Shown in pieces: positions 1-13,589 of a DNA stretch of 64,000 nucleotides (positions are counted from its first letter, which is position 1; each line of letters opens with the position of its first letter). The notes beneath the pieces were generated by a model. The model worked only from the letters and a program-made list of their open reading frames with translations. It ran no database searches and was not told the origin of the DNA. The stretch covers positions 100,564,001-100,628,000 of the forward strand of contig OX597816.1 in assembly GCA_951406725.2 (NCBI GenBank). Direction: 5' to 3'. The translations under genes were made by a program, and so were the position numbers. The DNA comes from Octopus vulgaris. Taxonomy: Eukaryota.

Positions 1-1972
1 AATAATGTAATAATTTTTGGTTGCTTCTTTAACAGAGATTTGATTCACTTTTCTGCTTTGTTAGAGTAAATTTCATTTCCATCTTTAAATACAACAATTG
101 CATGAATACCTGATGTATATTTAATTTTTTACAGCTATGTAGCTACACCAATATACCTTTGTGCTATTATCACTGCTATTTATCCTTCCATTGTCATTTA
201 TCATTTTTCCATGACACCCTGTCTTTTTCTGCATGCTACCTATCCTGTCTTTCTCTAAACATGTCCATATATTTTATCATTTTCAAATTAGTTGTACTGC
301 AGTGAAGGTAATTAGAAGTATTCATTTGATTATTAATCAATAATTATAAGTTTGTAATACACCTACATACACACATGCACCTGCTCTTCTCTCTTGCAGA
401 GACATATGCATGTGCTCATACATTAGATCCTCTCCTGTTCAAACACACATGGTCTCAAACACACTCACTCACACTAAAGTGCTTTCAGTGAGCTTTCCTT
501 TCTGGGAAGTAAGTGAAATCTAACAGTTCAACCAGGCATGTCAAATATACCATCTTCTCTTCAGTAGCTTCCTGTTGTAATTACATCTCTCTCCTCTCCA
601 ATGTATCAATAGTTTCTAGTGTTGCATATGTTGCATACATCCATCTCTCTCTCTCTCTCTCTCTCTCATACACATATTTTAGAAATATCTTCAGAAAACA
701 TTGTAAGAATTCTATAAATGATGCCAGATATGAAAGTCATGATCAATATTTTTTTCTTAAATGTTTAAATTTAAATACAGATAACAGCTTTATATTGATA
801 TACATGACAAATGGACAACTACACATTCATTTCTTTAATTCTCTTCCCTTTATCAGTAGTCACCTGTATACTTTCTGTGGAAGCAGACTTACCAGTAATA
901 TGCTCTTCTGTATGCATTCATTGTCTCTCACTTTCACTTTCAAATAATTTGCCAAAAGTGATGTTATTGTCCTTAACTTCTTCAAAACATTTAACATCTA
1001 TCTAAGTTGCCTACTTTATAGGCTCCATCTGTCTTAGATTTTGAATCTGAAATTTCCTCTTGCACTACTTTATTGCAGCAAATACTGATGTGGACCTACC
1101 AAAATGACATTCTGTCATATGGTGTATCTCAGAATATAAGTATGTCTTCCATACTTCTGTACATTAATAACTTATTTGCTATAGCTTCTATATCTAAACT
1201 CCCCTATGAAAATGGCACTAACCTTTGTTTCTCCTTATACTTTTGCACATTTGTCTCATCCATATGTAGCTTATACACATCATACCAAACTACAGTGCTT
1301 GCTTCCACAAACCTAAGAAACACTATCCAAACTGGACATTACAAATTTATCTTCATCACCAGCACGAAGACACAATCACTACACATACCATTTCTATTTA
1401 TGATAAACACATAGAGAAAACTCTCAAAGTAGATATAAATGTGTGTCTCCCAAATCTCTAATAATCTAATGTAACAACTGTACCTAAAATAATAGGCTTA
1501 CTCTTCAGGCCAGAAAATATTTAAGTTGTAGTTGATCCACTACAAAATTTAACCGTGATCCCAGATTTCTTTGGAGTGTTGGTTACTTGCTGCTGCTATA
1601 CACACAAACAGCCTAGACTGTATGAAAATCTGGCTGCTTGTTAAGGATTCAATATCCAATAACTACTTGAGAACTGAAATTTTTTATTGTGTCTCTTCTC
1701 CCAACAATACATCACCTATTTCTTTGAACCAGCTAGTTCCATACCACCTTCACCTGAACCCACATTTCTGTTGTTTCTCCCCTCAAACTTTGAACTAAAT
1801 TCTTCACCCAATCATTGATTCTCAGAACTTCAGCCTTAAGGAATTCATTCCCTATTCCAGATTTCCCTATGCAGATGTTTTCACCACCAATGAGTAAATA
1901 TTATGCTGGATATATACCATTTCTTCTTTTCAAGTACATACACGGTGCACATACATATTTACATAGAGGTAT

Positions 1973-2292
1973 GAAAGTGCATGGCTTAGAGGTCAAGGTA
2001 TTCAGCTTACAATCATACGGTCATGAGTTCAATTCCCAGCAACATTGTACCCTTGAGCAAAACACTTTATATCATGTTGCTCTAGTCCACTCATCTAGCA
2101 AACATGAGTAGTACCTGTATTTCAAAGGGCCAGCCTTGTTACACTGTGTGTCATAATGAATATCTTTGAGAACTACGTTGAGGGTGCACATGTCTGTGGA
2201 GTGCTCAGCCACTTGCATGTTAATTTCTTGAGCTGGCTGTTCCATTGATCAATCAACTGGCACCCTCATCATCATAACTGATGGAGTGCCAA
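1973..2292 (+). mobile_element. tRNA-derived SINE (family A, CORE-like domain), degenerate
   Basis: A-box-like TGGCTTAGAGG, B-box-like GAGTTCAATTCC, then CORE-like TGTACCCTTGAGCAAAACACTT. A decayed relative lies near 42355. Confidence 0.7.
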
Positions 2293-4109
2293 TACAGAGA
2301 GGCATATCAACTTTGAATTATCAATGTAGCAAAGGCTAATGGTTGTAAGTTGTTTTCTACAAAACCTCTTCATTTCATATTAATTTTGGACAAATGCCTA
2401 AATTGGCTGGTTTGTGATGTGATTACTGAGAAATGTGGTTAAATATGCAGTTTTGAGAGAATTTCTTGATGATTTGTTGAATTTGAGTAGTTTCTCAACC
2501 AGTGTAGCTTATAGATTGTCATTTGATTTGCTTCTTTTTGTAGCATTTTGCTGTACTAGCATCAAAAATATAAACATTATTGTCAAAAGCGAATTTGTTT
2601 CATTCTATGATATCAACAGCCATATTAAATTTTTTTCTTGAAGATTCTGTATTTCCAATTTACAATATTTTTCTTTTCTTTTCTATTTCTCCCTTGAAAA
2701 TTTTCCCTAAATTCTTCTTTTTGTTGAAATATATATCGCTTACTTCTGTTACATGTAGTCTTAACTTATATATTTCTGTCTGTTTCTTCATTTTATTTCA
2801 TCTCTAACACCTGCAAGTCTTTTCACGATTTTAGCAAGTTCTAATCTTTCTTGCTCTACTCATTTTTTTCTTTTCTTCTTTTTTTCCTAACTGTAAACTC
2901 TGAATAATCTTTCCCTCTAGTTCTTGACTTTAATGTCTCCTCTTACATTGACATTCATGTATAGAAAACAGCAGTTGATCTCTTGGGTGGGTGGGGTCAA
3001 TTGCTATTTGCAGAAGACAATATTATCCTTTCTTTTTCCATGTTAACTTGAACTTTTGAAGATGAGCGTCTTTAATTCAGAATTTCTGAACAATAAGCTA
3101 ACTTTGCCATACAATACTGCATTAACTAACTGATAGCTGGTGGCACGATAACAATTCATATAATTTAACAGATGTATCATTATAAGCAATTTAAATGGAC
3201 TTGTTCACTCAAAGAAAACTGGCTTAAACTCAACTCCTGGGAAATGTTAATTTAGTCCCTGATTATACATTAGTTCACATCCTTCAAGTACCTCTTTATT
3301 TTCAATGACTGTTGCTATGTTCAATAGATCACAAGACAAATGATCTTAGTGTAAAATATCCTGTAATTGATTCTAGTTGATTTTTCCCATTGATGTTATT
3401 CTTTAAAGTAGTTCCCCTTTATGGGTAAAACTCTTGGCTTGAAATGATTATGTCTATTATTTTCATGGTGCCATAGATTGAATAATTCTAAAACTTTATA
3501 TAGTATCTGTGTGACTCATTGGAGCAACAGTTCTCTAATGATACATTTTCTATTGCTAAACATTACCCCTTTTCTAATGAAATGCACTGACTGTTTCAGT
3601 TAATTTTGAAATTTAGGTGTGATTTAGTAAAATAATTTACAATTTAATTAATAAACTAATCTATGAAACTAATCTTATAAAGCTCTAATATTATTTTTCT
3701 TCCATCATAAGCAATGAACTTATTGGATATATTGTATACAATTCTGTGTTACAAACTTTTGATGGAAAAAAGATTTTAATTTTCGATATGAACAATTTAA
3801 AACAAAATTATGTATCATAAAACTAGAAACAGCTAGTTAGTCAACTAAGGTATATAGAATAGGGAGATTTTAACTTGTGGCTTTAAATCATTTAATTCAA
3901 TAAAAATTGTGTTATTTGATAAATTGTAAAATGCTTATAAATATGAAACACAGTAAGTTATAAAGGCTACAAATTAAAAGGTGAGAAATATTTTCCTAAG
4001 AAAAGTATTAATTTGCACTCCATTTTTTAATTTTTTTTTTTATTTAACTATTAAAAATGTGGATGTGGAGTATCTTTGATTTGCCAAAAATGGCTCACAA
4101 TGATAAAAT

Positions 4110-4349
4110 ATTCTTTTCTGCTCTAGGCACAAGGCCTGAAATTTTTGGGGAGGGTGCCAGTCGATTAGATTGACCCCTGTATGCAACTGATACTTGAGCA
4201 CTGTATACAATAATTTCATTATATATAACCCCAAAAGGATGAAACGCAAAGTCGACCTCGGCAGAATTTGAACGCAGAACATAAAGACAGATGAAATACC
4301 GCTAAGTATTTCACACGGCATGCAAATGTTTCCACCAGCTCGCCACCTT
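4110..4349 (-). mobile_element. tRNA-derived SINE (family B)
   Basis: Reverse complement of the family at 27820-28032 (GGTGGCGAGCTGG...GTTCAAATTCTGCCGAGGTCGACTTTGCGTTTCATCC...CAGGCCTTGTGCCTAGAG). Confidence 0.8.
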
Positions 4350-7300
4350 AACAGTGCTAAAATATTGGGAACCACTAATCTATTGTGTACCCTACTATGT
4401 ATAATGCCTGCTGTAGTAGAAGTGTTGGCGTGCTAACTTCTTTCTCTCCACATGCAATACTTTACAAATATTTCATTTCCCTTCTTGGAAAATGTTATAC
4501 TGAACAAAATAATCTACAGCATAAGTGGATAGTCACTTTACCTGTACTTATCTTGATTTGGAATAGAATTATATTTCTGCTTGTCATAATTTACAATAGA
4601 ATAGTGATATATAATAATTTAATAATTTATTAAATTGTTTAATTTACTTTTGTATACATGAGGATTTACAACATCTGTGTTTCTAAAGCTAATCCTTTTT
4701 TTTTTTTTTTGATAAATGTTTGGAAGGCTGAGTCAACAGAATATCAGACATACTTGAGAAGTTAATCTTGTTACCAGTATTGTTTATGTTTGTTGACAAT
4801 GCACTTATATTTCAAGTGACCCAAACTACAGAACAAGAACAGCTTACTACTCCAAGCACTGTAAAATTGACAAATTGTTTGTTAGCTTGCTGTAGTGAGT
4901 TCAACTGTGCTTGTGAGTCAGAGGAATTAACATTCATACTAGGTTTTTGACTAGAGTTTTTCAGTTGTCTTGAACATTCTCACCCAGATTCAAATTATGG
5001 GTTTCATTACAGACAGTATATGATGGGTTGTGAATAACAGTCCATTTTATGCTTAAGTAATATATGTATATGTGGGTATATTCCTCAACTGTAAGGGACA
5101 ATAGTGACTTTTGTCTGTATTTGCTGATGAAATTCCTGCTCAGTAAAGAACTGTGATGTTTTAATGTATAATAGAAGGTATCAAACCTAAAAACTTAACA
5201 CGAACAACGTTGACTCTCAGATTATATTATCTTATAAATAACTGGTCACTGACCAACAACCAGCATCTACAGAAGAGCTGAGTACTGCAAAAATAAGGAT
5301 ATTGATAGCTCTGATATGTATTTCAGCAGTAATATTGATCAGAGTTTTTCTTTTCATATTTCATAAGCTAAAATATCAGAATTGAGATTTATTATTATTT
5401 TCTGCTTTCAGTGTTATTATTTATGATTTCTTCTGCTATCATCATCATCGTCTCTCAATAATTATAATTATTATGCATTTGGCTTTTATTTTTCTTGCAA
5501 ATGTTTTATTTTTCAAATTCAGAGCAAAGCATTGAACTTTGTTTTATTTTGATTTTGGGATATTCATATGGCTTTTTGTTCTTCAACCAATGAAATTAGA
5601 TTTATTTTTAGGTTACAAAATCAATCATTCTGTGATTTCTTCATTTATTTAATCAGTCCATTCCAACTGAAAGTATCAGCATTATTGATTTCTAGAATGA
5701 GCAGTTGTACATATTTCATTCCGGTGGGTTTTTTTTTCTTTTGTCTATGTTCAAAGATCTATATTTTATGTTTAAAACACTTTTTGGATCTTGATTTATG
5801 CACTAACCACTTGGGTTGAAAGCAGCTCATCAGATATCACCTTCACTTGCTTTCTCTCTCTCTCTTTCATTTTCAGCAGAGCTGAGCTAAACCCCCATCA
5901 CTTTTGTCTATGACAGTTATCTTTTTATTGTCATCTTCAATTATATACATCTATGATAATAGCATCCCTCCTCACCTTCTATATATGTTTAATCAACAGA
6001 ATATTTGTCATATCTTTTAAGCCTTTTCATTTTCTGTGAATTGAAATATGACTGTAGTGACCCAGCTATTAGTCTCTTGTTAGCCTATCACTGTTCTATA
6101 GTATTGAGCCATGAGCAATTATAGAAACATAAGCAGAAGAGATAAATATTGGACTTAACTCTCTTTTTTATGATTTTTGCATGAAGTTGATTTCACAGAA
6201 AAATGTAATAAACAGCTAATTGCAAGAGCACAGAAGACTTTTCCAGTTTATAGAATTTTACTTCAAAAAATATTCATTGTGATTTGATATGCTTTGGAAA
6301 GGCCAAATATATGAATGGTCACTCTTTTGAATTAAAAATGTAAGGCCCACAGTCTTATGCTTATGGTGGGTTTGTGAAAGACATTTCCCAAGTTAATGGG
6401 ATTCTAGTTGGATGCGGTATCATATTTTATGATGCTAACCTTTCCATGGATAAAGTCTAATAACAAAAGTGATTTGGCCAGTTAAAATAAACGTCAGGTA
6501 TGTTGTGGACCGTCACTTGTAAAAATAGAAGTGAATGTCAAAAAAAATCCCAAACTTACTCTAATGCAATCGCATTTCCCATCAGATGCTCTACAAACAC
6601 TTTACACATTTGTTCTTTCCCAACCTTGCATGAATTTAACTGATCAGTAATTATGAGTACTGTGCTTCTTCCCATATTGATAGCAAGGGTTTGCTGTTCA
6701 TTCTGGTTAATTCAATGTGGTGAGTAACTGTAAATGGCATACCACATAGCTATTGTTTCATAGTTCTATAAAATGAATTGAAGATGTAAAAGTCTTGAAT
6801 ATATTCCACTCTGCCTTCATGGTGGTAACATTTCAACAGTTTAACTGTTTAGTCTGTGAGTAGATATATTGGCTGATTATTTACATTTTGGAGTTATTCC
6901 AGATACAAAACAAAAATTAGTATGCCAAACTTACTAATTTCATTTAGGTTGCTATCAAAGTACATCTTTATCATTATTCATAAACATATTGATTTCTAAC
7001 TTTGGCACTAGGCCACAAATTTGTAGTGAGTTTATAATGAATTGACTGAACCTCAGTACTTGGTTGGTACTTTATTTAACATTCTTGAAATGATGTGTGT
7101 GCATGTATGTTTGTGAAATTTGTTCTTTTTCAGTTGATATTAATATTAAGCAAAGTAGATTTTATTCTTTATGCACTAGACTTTCAATTCATACCTTATC
7201 TGTAAGGTAAAGACTCTCCAACTAGTTTAATTGATAATTAACTGAAATGTTATGGTATCCTGCTGGTAGTAAGTCTCTTGCTAATCTGTGAGTGAATTAA

Positions 7301-7647
7301 TTGTATATTTCAACCAAGGAAGCAAGACTTAGAATTAAGAGGCTCCAAATAAATTTAGCAAAAATTAAAATTTTAGAATGTAGGAAAAGAGGCAGGGTCC
7401 TAGTACAGTTAGCATGTTACCAAATAATGAGGGCCTTTGTCATCTCTATGAGATACAACATCTTCAGATCTGTCTTACCCACTTCATTTGAAGTCTTCCT
7501 CAGTTTTTCTTTTCCACTGGTTCCATTCATTTTGAACATCTGGTACTGCTTTTGCCCTCCTCCATATGCACCTCATGCCCTCCTTTAGCAGTGCAGTCTT
7601 CTCTCTTGAACACTACATCTGATTGCTCTTATGTTCAGTTATATATA

Positions 7648-8135
7648 TTGGGTCAACTCAAAAATAATGCGTGTTTTTCAATTGCATGAACTAAAAGCCA
7701 TAGGGGGACGGGATAAACTACCTGCATCAACTTGATAGAAAAACAGATAGTAATTTTACCTTGTACTTATTCTTATTGCAAGTTGTGAAGAGTGCAGTTC
7801 ATTTTTTAACAATTATTTTTTCAAAGCTATAATGGAAGTGACAAAGCAGCATATTCGACATATTTTGCTTTATGAGTTCAATAAAGGCAACAGTGCAATG
7901 GAAAATGTGAGGAATATTAATGCAGTACATGGGAATTGGACAATAAGTGTAAGCCAGTGTCAACGGGGGTTCCAGAAATTCCAAGCTGGAAACTATCGTC
8001 TAGAAAACGAGCCTCATATAAGAAGATCTGTAGAGCTTGATGAGGACATACTGCAAACCCTGGTGGAAAAAAATTCCATCATAACTGTTGAGGAACTAGC
8101 AGAGAAGCTTAGATTTGGTCATTCAACTATTCATA
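7648..8135 (+). mobile_element. mariner transposon 5' fragment (TIR plus N-terminal HTH of transposase), truncated by the tandem array
   Basis: TA then TTGGGTCAACTCAAAAATAATGCG, a TIR-like end. ORF from 7832 reads HIRHILLYEFNKG...CQRGFQKFQAGNYRLENEP...TVEELAEKL..GHSTIHR, the mariner DNA-binding domain. Homology stops at TA 8134-8135. Confidence 0.9.
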
Positions 8136-9027
8136 GACTGAGAGCACTAGTCAGCACCAGTATTGCTAGAAATAAGAGTTAAAAGAACTCATAGCCATGA
8201 AAAGCACTTATTTTAATGATTGACAAGAGAAGCAAGCTTCCTCAGCAACCAGGCATAGTCAGGTCACAGTGATATTGCATTTTTATTAATGCTCATCAGT
8301 GACTCTCACCTAGTGCCTTAAGTTAAACTTAACTTGCCTTGTTATTTTATAAGATTATTGTAGAAATCATACTCTGATTTCCTAAATGGTAAAAGTGAAA
8401 ATTATAAATAATAATGCTAGCTTATTTGCAATTTTACAACCAAAAGGCAGAAATATATATGTTGCTAAAGTGATTCAGGGTACTAGTCACCACCTGTATT
8501 GCTAGAAATAAGAGTTAAAAGAACTCATAGCCATGAGAAGCGCTTATCTTAATGACTGACAAGGGAGGTAAATTCCTTCAGTGTCCAGGCATAGCCAGAT
8601 TACAGTGATTTCACATTTTTATTAATGCTCATCAGTGACTCTCACCTAGTGCCTTGGATTAAACTCTACTCGCCTTGTCAGTTTATAAGATTATTGTAGA
8701 AATCATATGCTGATTTCCTAAATGGTATTGGTGAAAATTATAAATAACAAGGGTAGCTTATTCGTAATTTCACCACCGAAGAGCAGAAATATATATGTCA
8801 CGGAAGTGACTGAGAGCACTAGTTAGTCAGTACCAGTATTGCTAGAAATAAGAGTTAAAAGAACTCAAAGCCACAAGAAGCATTTATCTTAATGACTGAG
8901 AAGGGAAGCAAGCTTCCTCAATGTTTAGGCAGAGCCAGATCACAGTGATTTTTCATTTTTTTAAATACTTGTCAGTGACTTTCACCTAGCGCCTTGGGTT
9001 AAGTTCAACTCACCTTGTCAGTTTATA
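8136..9027 (-). repeat. Retrozyme-like tandem array, ~2.6 copies of a 336-340 bp unit, each with a hammerhead motif
   Basis: TATTGCTAGAAATAAGAG recurs at 8161, 8497 and 8837. HHR motif on the minus strand in each unit. No ORF. Confidence 0.85.
8593..8640 (-). ncRNA. Type I hammerhead ribozyme motif (best-preserved copy of the 338-bp array)
   Basis: Minus strand reads AGUCA CUGAUGA GCAUU-AAUAAA-AAUGU GAAA UCACUGUAA UC UGGCU, giving stem I, core, stem II, GAAA, stem III (one mismatch) and an AUC site. Copies at 8257-8304 and 8933-8980 have core mutations. Confidence 0.75.
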
Positions 9028-9365
9028 TATACTTTATATATTATTACAGTTTTATTTGCAACTTTCATAAATAATAAGTAGGAAAATTTCATGAATTTAA
9101 TGCTGATTTAACAGCTAAAAAAAAATGTAATTATCTGCTAGGTGATCACTATGAATGCATTGTCTTTTTTTTTTTTTTTCAACATATTTAATTATTATAG
9201 CGATTATAGTTCTTACAAAGAGATTTCTAGTGACCTTTTGTTTTTAAGGAAATAGTATGATAAAGGAAAATGTTTATAAAATAGAAACAGATATTTTTGG
9301 CAGAATTTACTTCTAAGCTGAAAATTTTTATGGCTATTAAAAAGAATAGCCAATATTTGGTAAAT

Positions 9366-9401
<36 letters not shown>

Positions 9402-10353
9402 GGTGGCAATTATTACTACTATTATTGTCCTTTGCTAGCTCAAAGACTTGGCATACACAGAAAGTATCAAACCATTCTCTCTTGCAGCTGTCGTGTTAGA
9501 TATTCTTCAGCTTAGCCTTGATGAATGAACCTGAAAACAATTTCTGTCAGAATTGTTTTCTCAGTTGCTGGAATTGCACCAAGAATTTCCAATTTTTACT
9601 GCTATTAGCAAATTTACTCCAATCAAATTTTGTTAATATAGATTATTACATTTAGTCTATGTACTTCATTTTTCTTTTCTTTTTTGTATTAAAGGGACTA
9701 TTTCAATTTAGAAATATAAAAAATTTTCAACACTAACTTTCTTGATAGTATGAATGATACAGAAAACTTGATAGGGTTAGCAAAATTAATAATTTCTAAT
9801 TATAGGTGTCAGTGAGAATAGTACTTAGCAAGTCATATTCTTTGGCAAGAAAATATTTTGATAAATAACAAGCAATATCTATTGGCTGTTATAAGCATTG
9901 ATAATACTATACAGTAAGAAAAATTCTACTTATTAATTTATTTGCACTTGACAGTTTATTTCCAGGAAAATTAAAGAAATAAAGCATCCTAATTTCTTAC
10001 GATCTTCTACAATATCAGAATGGATAAATGTTTACAAAACAACCATGCATGTAATTTTCAATACAGTTTAATCCATTTTAACTCTTTATCTCTGATTAAT
10101 TAGATGTTAATTTTATCAATAGTCAGTAATTGGAGTTATCTCCTGCTTGCAATAAATATTGAGTGCAAGAAGCACACTGAATAAATCAGCTGGAGGAAAT
10201 ATCTTCCTGGGGTTAAATGGCAATATTGTCATCTCTTAGAGGACAGTCACATTAAAGTGACCATAAACAATACAGTAATTGATTCTTTTTTGCCAGATCT
10301 TACTGAAGTTTGCTTGGGGCTGAAATTAAACAATGCTGACAAAGTTCTGTAAA

Positions 10354-11794
10354 TCTCTTATGATAAAAGGCAGATTTTCTCTGCCTGTTCCCATGTTTCT
10401 TTTTAATACAATTCTACAATATAGAATTTCTTCAATTGGAATTTACCTATGATTTTTCCAAGTAGATTCGATTGGGTTATGGCATATCAAGTTTTTTCAA
10501 TTTGACCCCCAATTAAGCAAAAATTCGAGAAAACTCAATATTTTACGATTTGCCTCTCACATTTCAAGTGGTTTACTCCTGCTATTACCACCACACTTTC
10601 TCCTACTTTCTCTTTGCAAGTGTGAAACTATTAAAGTGAAAGTATTCCCTTATTATGTGTGTGTGTGTGTATTAGCAATTCGTATAAAATTGCATCAATG
10701 ACTTGAACTTGAATAAGTGGTTTCACATAAATGGGGATAAATTAAAAAGGTTTGTTGTTATTATTATTACTGTTTAACTATTGTAATCACGTTTGTTGGT
10801 TCCGCGTCAGGGAAACGTTGTTGTGTTGCATTTGTTAAATAATTGTAAACCGTGACCTCCCCCTTTCGGAGAAGGGGCTTTGGTTATTGTTTAAAAATTG
10901 AATTGTGTCCCTGTTTGGGAAAATTAACAATATTTTCACCGTCTTTACAGAAGCATTTTTGTTAAAATGCCTTCGATAGAAGAAAGTCCAAAAATGAATT
11001 ACGCTGCAGCCGTACACTTCTATACAAGAGGAAGGACAAGATCCAACTGATCGAAATTGCAAGAGACGGGCCTACAATTCCAGTCTGTTATATATTTTGA
11101 GTATTGTTATCACTAGCGATATCAAGATATAACTTTGTATTTTGTATTTTATGTGTAGATGTATATATATAGATGTACATGTAATATGTACACATATATA
11201 TACACATATATACATGCATAATATATCTACCCATACACACATACACACACACACACACACATACATAGGGGCAGTTGTGGCTATGTGGTAACAAACTACG
11301 TTCCAAACACATGATCCTGGGTTCATGTACATATATATACATACATACATACATACATACATACATACATGTGTGTGTGTATGTATTAATGTGTGTGTGT
11401 TATCTCTCTCTATATAAAGCTGAAGTTGTCTGTGTGCACCAGGTTTGGTAGCCTTCAACTAACACTATCTCCTCCGAGACCCTGCGGTGCAAGTTGACCA
11501 AAATTGAGTGTATGATAGAAGAACGGTTGCTCTTCCTTCCGTAGAAGATAAAATTCAAATCGGACCATGTTAACACCAAAAATTATTTACATCAAAAAGG
11601 TGTTTTTTTCTATGAAAATCCCTATTTTTTTACGATTTTTTCACTGCTGTGTCGCCACTTTTCGGTGTATTTCAACCAGAAAAATGTTCACTTGAAGAGA
11701 ATAACAAGCTACATAATGCAAAATTTTTACTTTTCAAAAATTCCAATTCCAGCGGGTCGAAACAAACCCGAGCAATGCCGGGCGATACTGCTAG
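10354..11794 (+). mobile_element. Composite non-autonomous Helitron
   Basis: 5' A^TCTCTTATGATAAAAGG. A second 5'-type end TCTCTCTCTATATAAAG at 11403. 3' hairpin CCCGAGCAATGCCGGG followed by CTAG^T. The rejoined flanks are identical to 11936-11964. Confidence 0.85.
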
Positions 11795-12209
11795 TTACTT
11801 ATAATTCATCTATAAATTCCTATCCTTAAGGAAAAATACATCTCCTATTTTAACTATACATATTTTAAAACTTTAAAAGGCTGTTGAATGTCAGCAGTTA
11901 TCATAAATATTTTGCAGCTTATATGTCCACAAATGTGACAAAGTTCTGTAAATTACTTATAATTATGCATGTGATTACTTCTATTTTAACACTGTTTCAT
12001 GTAGGTGTATAAACTTTGTTTCATTTTTGCATTTCCTTTTCAATGTTTACTATTTGCATATTCTTGGTGTATGATTTTACAACCGGATTATTATTGTTAC
12101 TAACCCCTTGGATATTATGGGTTCTATTGTCTGCCAACCAGTCTGCATCATTAAAATAGTGTCTTGTGTAGAGGAGACAATATATGAATATATCATATAT
12201 TAAAATGTC

Positions 12210-12386
12210 TACCCCTTTAGTATTTAAACCAGCCATAACTGGCACAGATATTCTATCAGTTTTATGCTAAAATTGGCCAGATCTAGCTTCTTATACCTAC
12301 CCTACATATCATTCTAAAAATAAGAAATTGCATCAAAGCTACAAGATAATGCATGATTAATTCAAAACAATGTCAATAAAGGGGTA
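12210..12386. mobile_element. MITE-like DNA element, piggyBac-like ends
   Basis: 10-bp terminal inverted repeat TACCCCTTTA...TAAAGGGGTA resembling decayed TTAA-CCCTTT ends. Confidence 0.45.
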
Positions 12387-13589
12387 AGCATGTGGAATGT
12401 AACTACATATTTGTATATCACATCCACTCATCCACTGTACCTCTTGTATGCTATTATATAATTATATAATTAGTCAGAGGATAGGCAATTTAAGTTTCAA
12501 AGCAAAGTCTGAAACCTATGAAAATATATGTTTAATGATTTCTTTATTAAGTGATTATCTAGCCGTATACTTCATTTTTGTGAGTTCTTTGCTTTGTTGT
12601 ATTTAATGACATTCTTTAATCAAACGATTCCTCTATCACAAACTGAGAGTAAACAGTTGTGATCCTTTTGTTTTATGACTCATGAAGTTTGTCATATTTA
12701 TTAAAACTAAAGAGTACATCTTGTTTACTCATAGTTTGAAGTGTTGGAAGTAAGAAACTGATTTTATATTTAATATTGTGCAGTTACATCATATTTGTTC
12801 CAGTTTCCAATAGCATTATTTTTGCTCAATTGCTAAAATACCTCTTGCTTTTTGTCTCATACTATAGAATGTTAAGTGCTACGTAATATATCTCAAAAGA
12901 AAGAGTCACAAATGAGTAAGTAGAACAGAGTACTAATCATGAGTAAACCACAGGTCTTAAATAATGTGGACATAATTGTAATTTAAACTGATTTATAGTT
13001 GAAATGTGTACATGAATTCACATGACAGTCGTGAAGGCATGAGATATGTTTTATTTTAAACCTCTTCTTTCATCATTTGATGTGAAACTGAAATACCTTA
13101 TACTATGGACTGTATCATTAATTCACTTGTCAAATTTGTATTTTTCAACACTAGTATATCTAAACTTTAATTTCATATATATAATGTTTGTTAGTTTTAC
13201 AGGTCATTTTTTTTAGTTCTTTTTACTAATTTCAGTCACTGAATGTTAGCCTTGAAAGGTATAGTTTATTATTTAGACCCACAGTATACAGTCAATGGAT
13301 ATGTATTACTCTTGCTAAGGTAAATGTCAGAATTGATAAATTTCTGTATGTACTTTTAAAAATCAATGATTAGCTTAATGACTGGGATATGAATCTACTA
13401 TTTCTTCTGCTTCCTTTAACTTCTATCTCCTACAAAAATTTGACTACCTCCAAAAGATTCTCAGAAATCATACTAAATGCAATGTGTGAAGTGTGAAATT
13501 AAGTGTGCTCTCCAGAAAATATATAAAGAAATCCTAGTAAGCATAGCTCTTATGATATCTGAGGAACAAGTCATTGCATTGAAAATGTT

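Noticed and set aside
513-1414. ORFs of 144 and 113 aa
   Set aside because: Low-complexity AT-rich composition, alternative starts, no motifs and no splice support.
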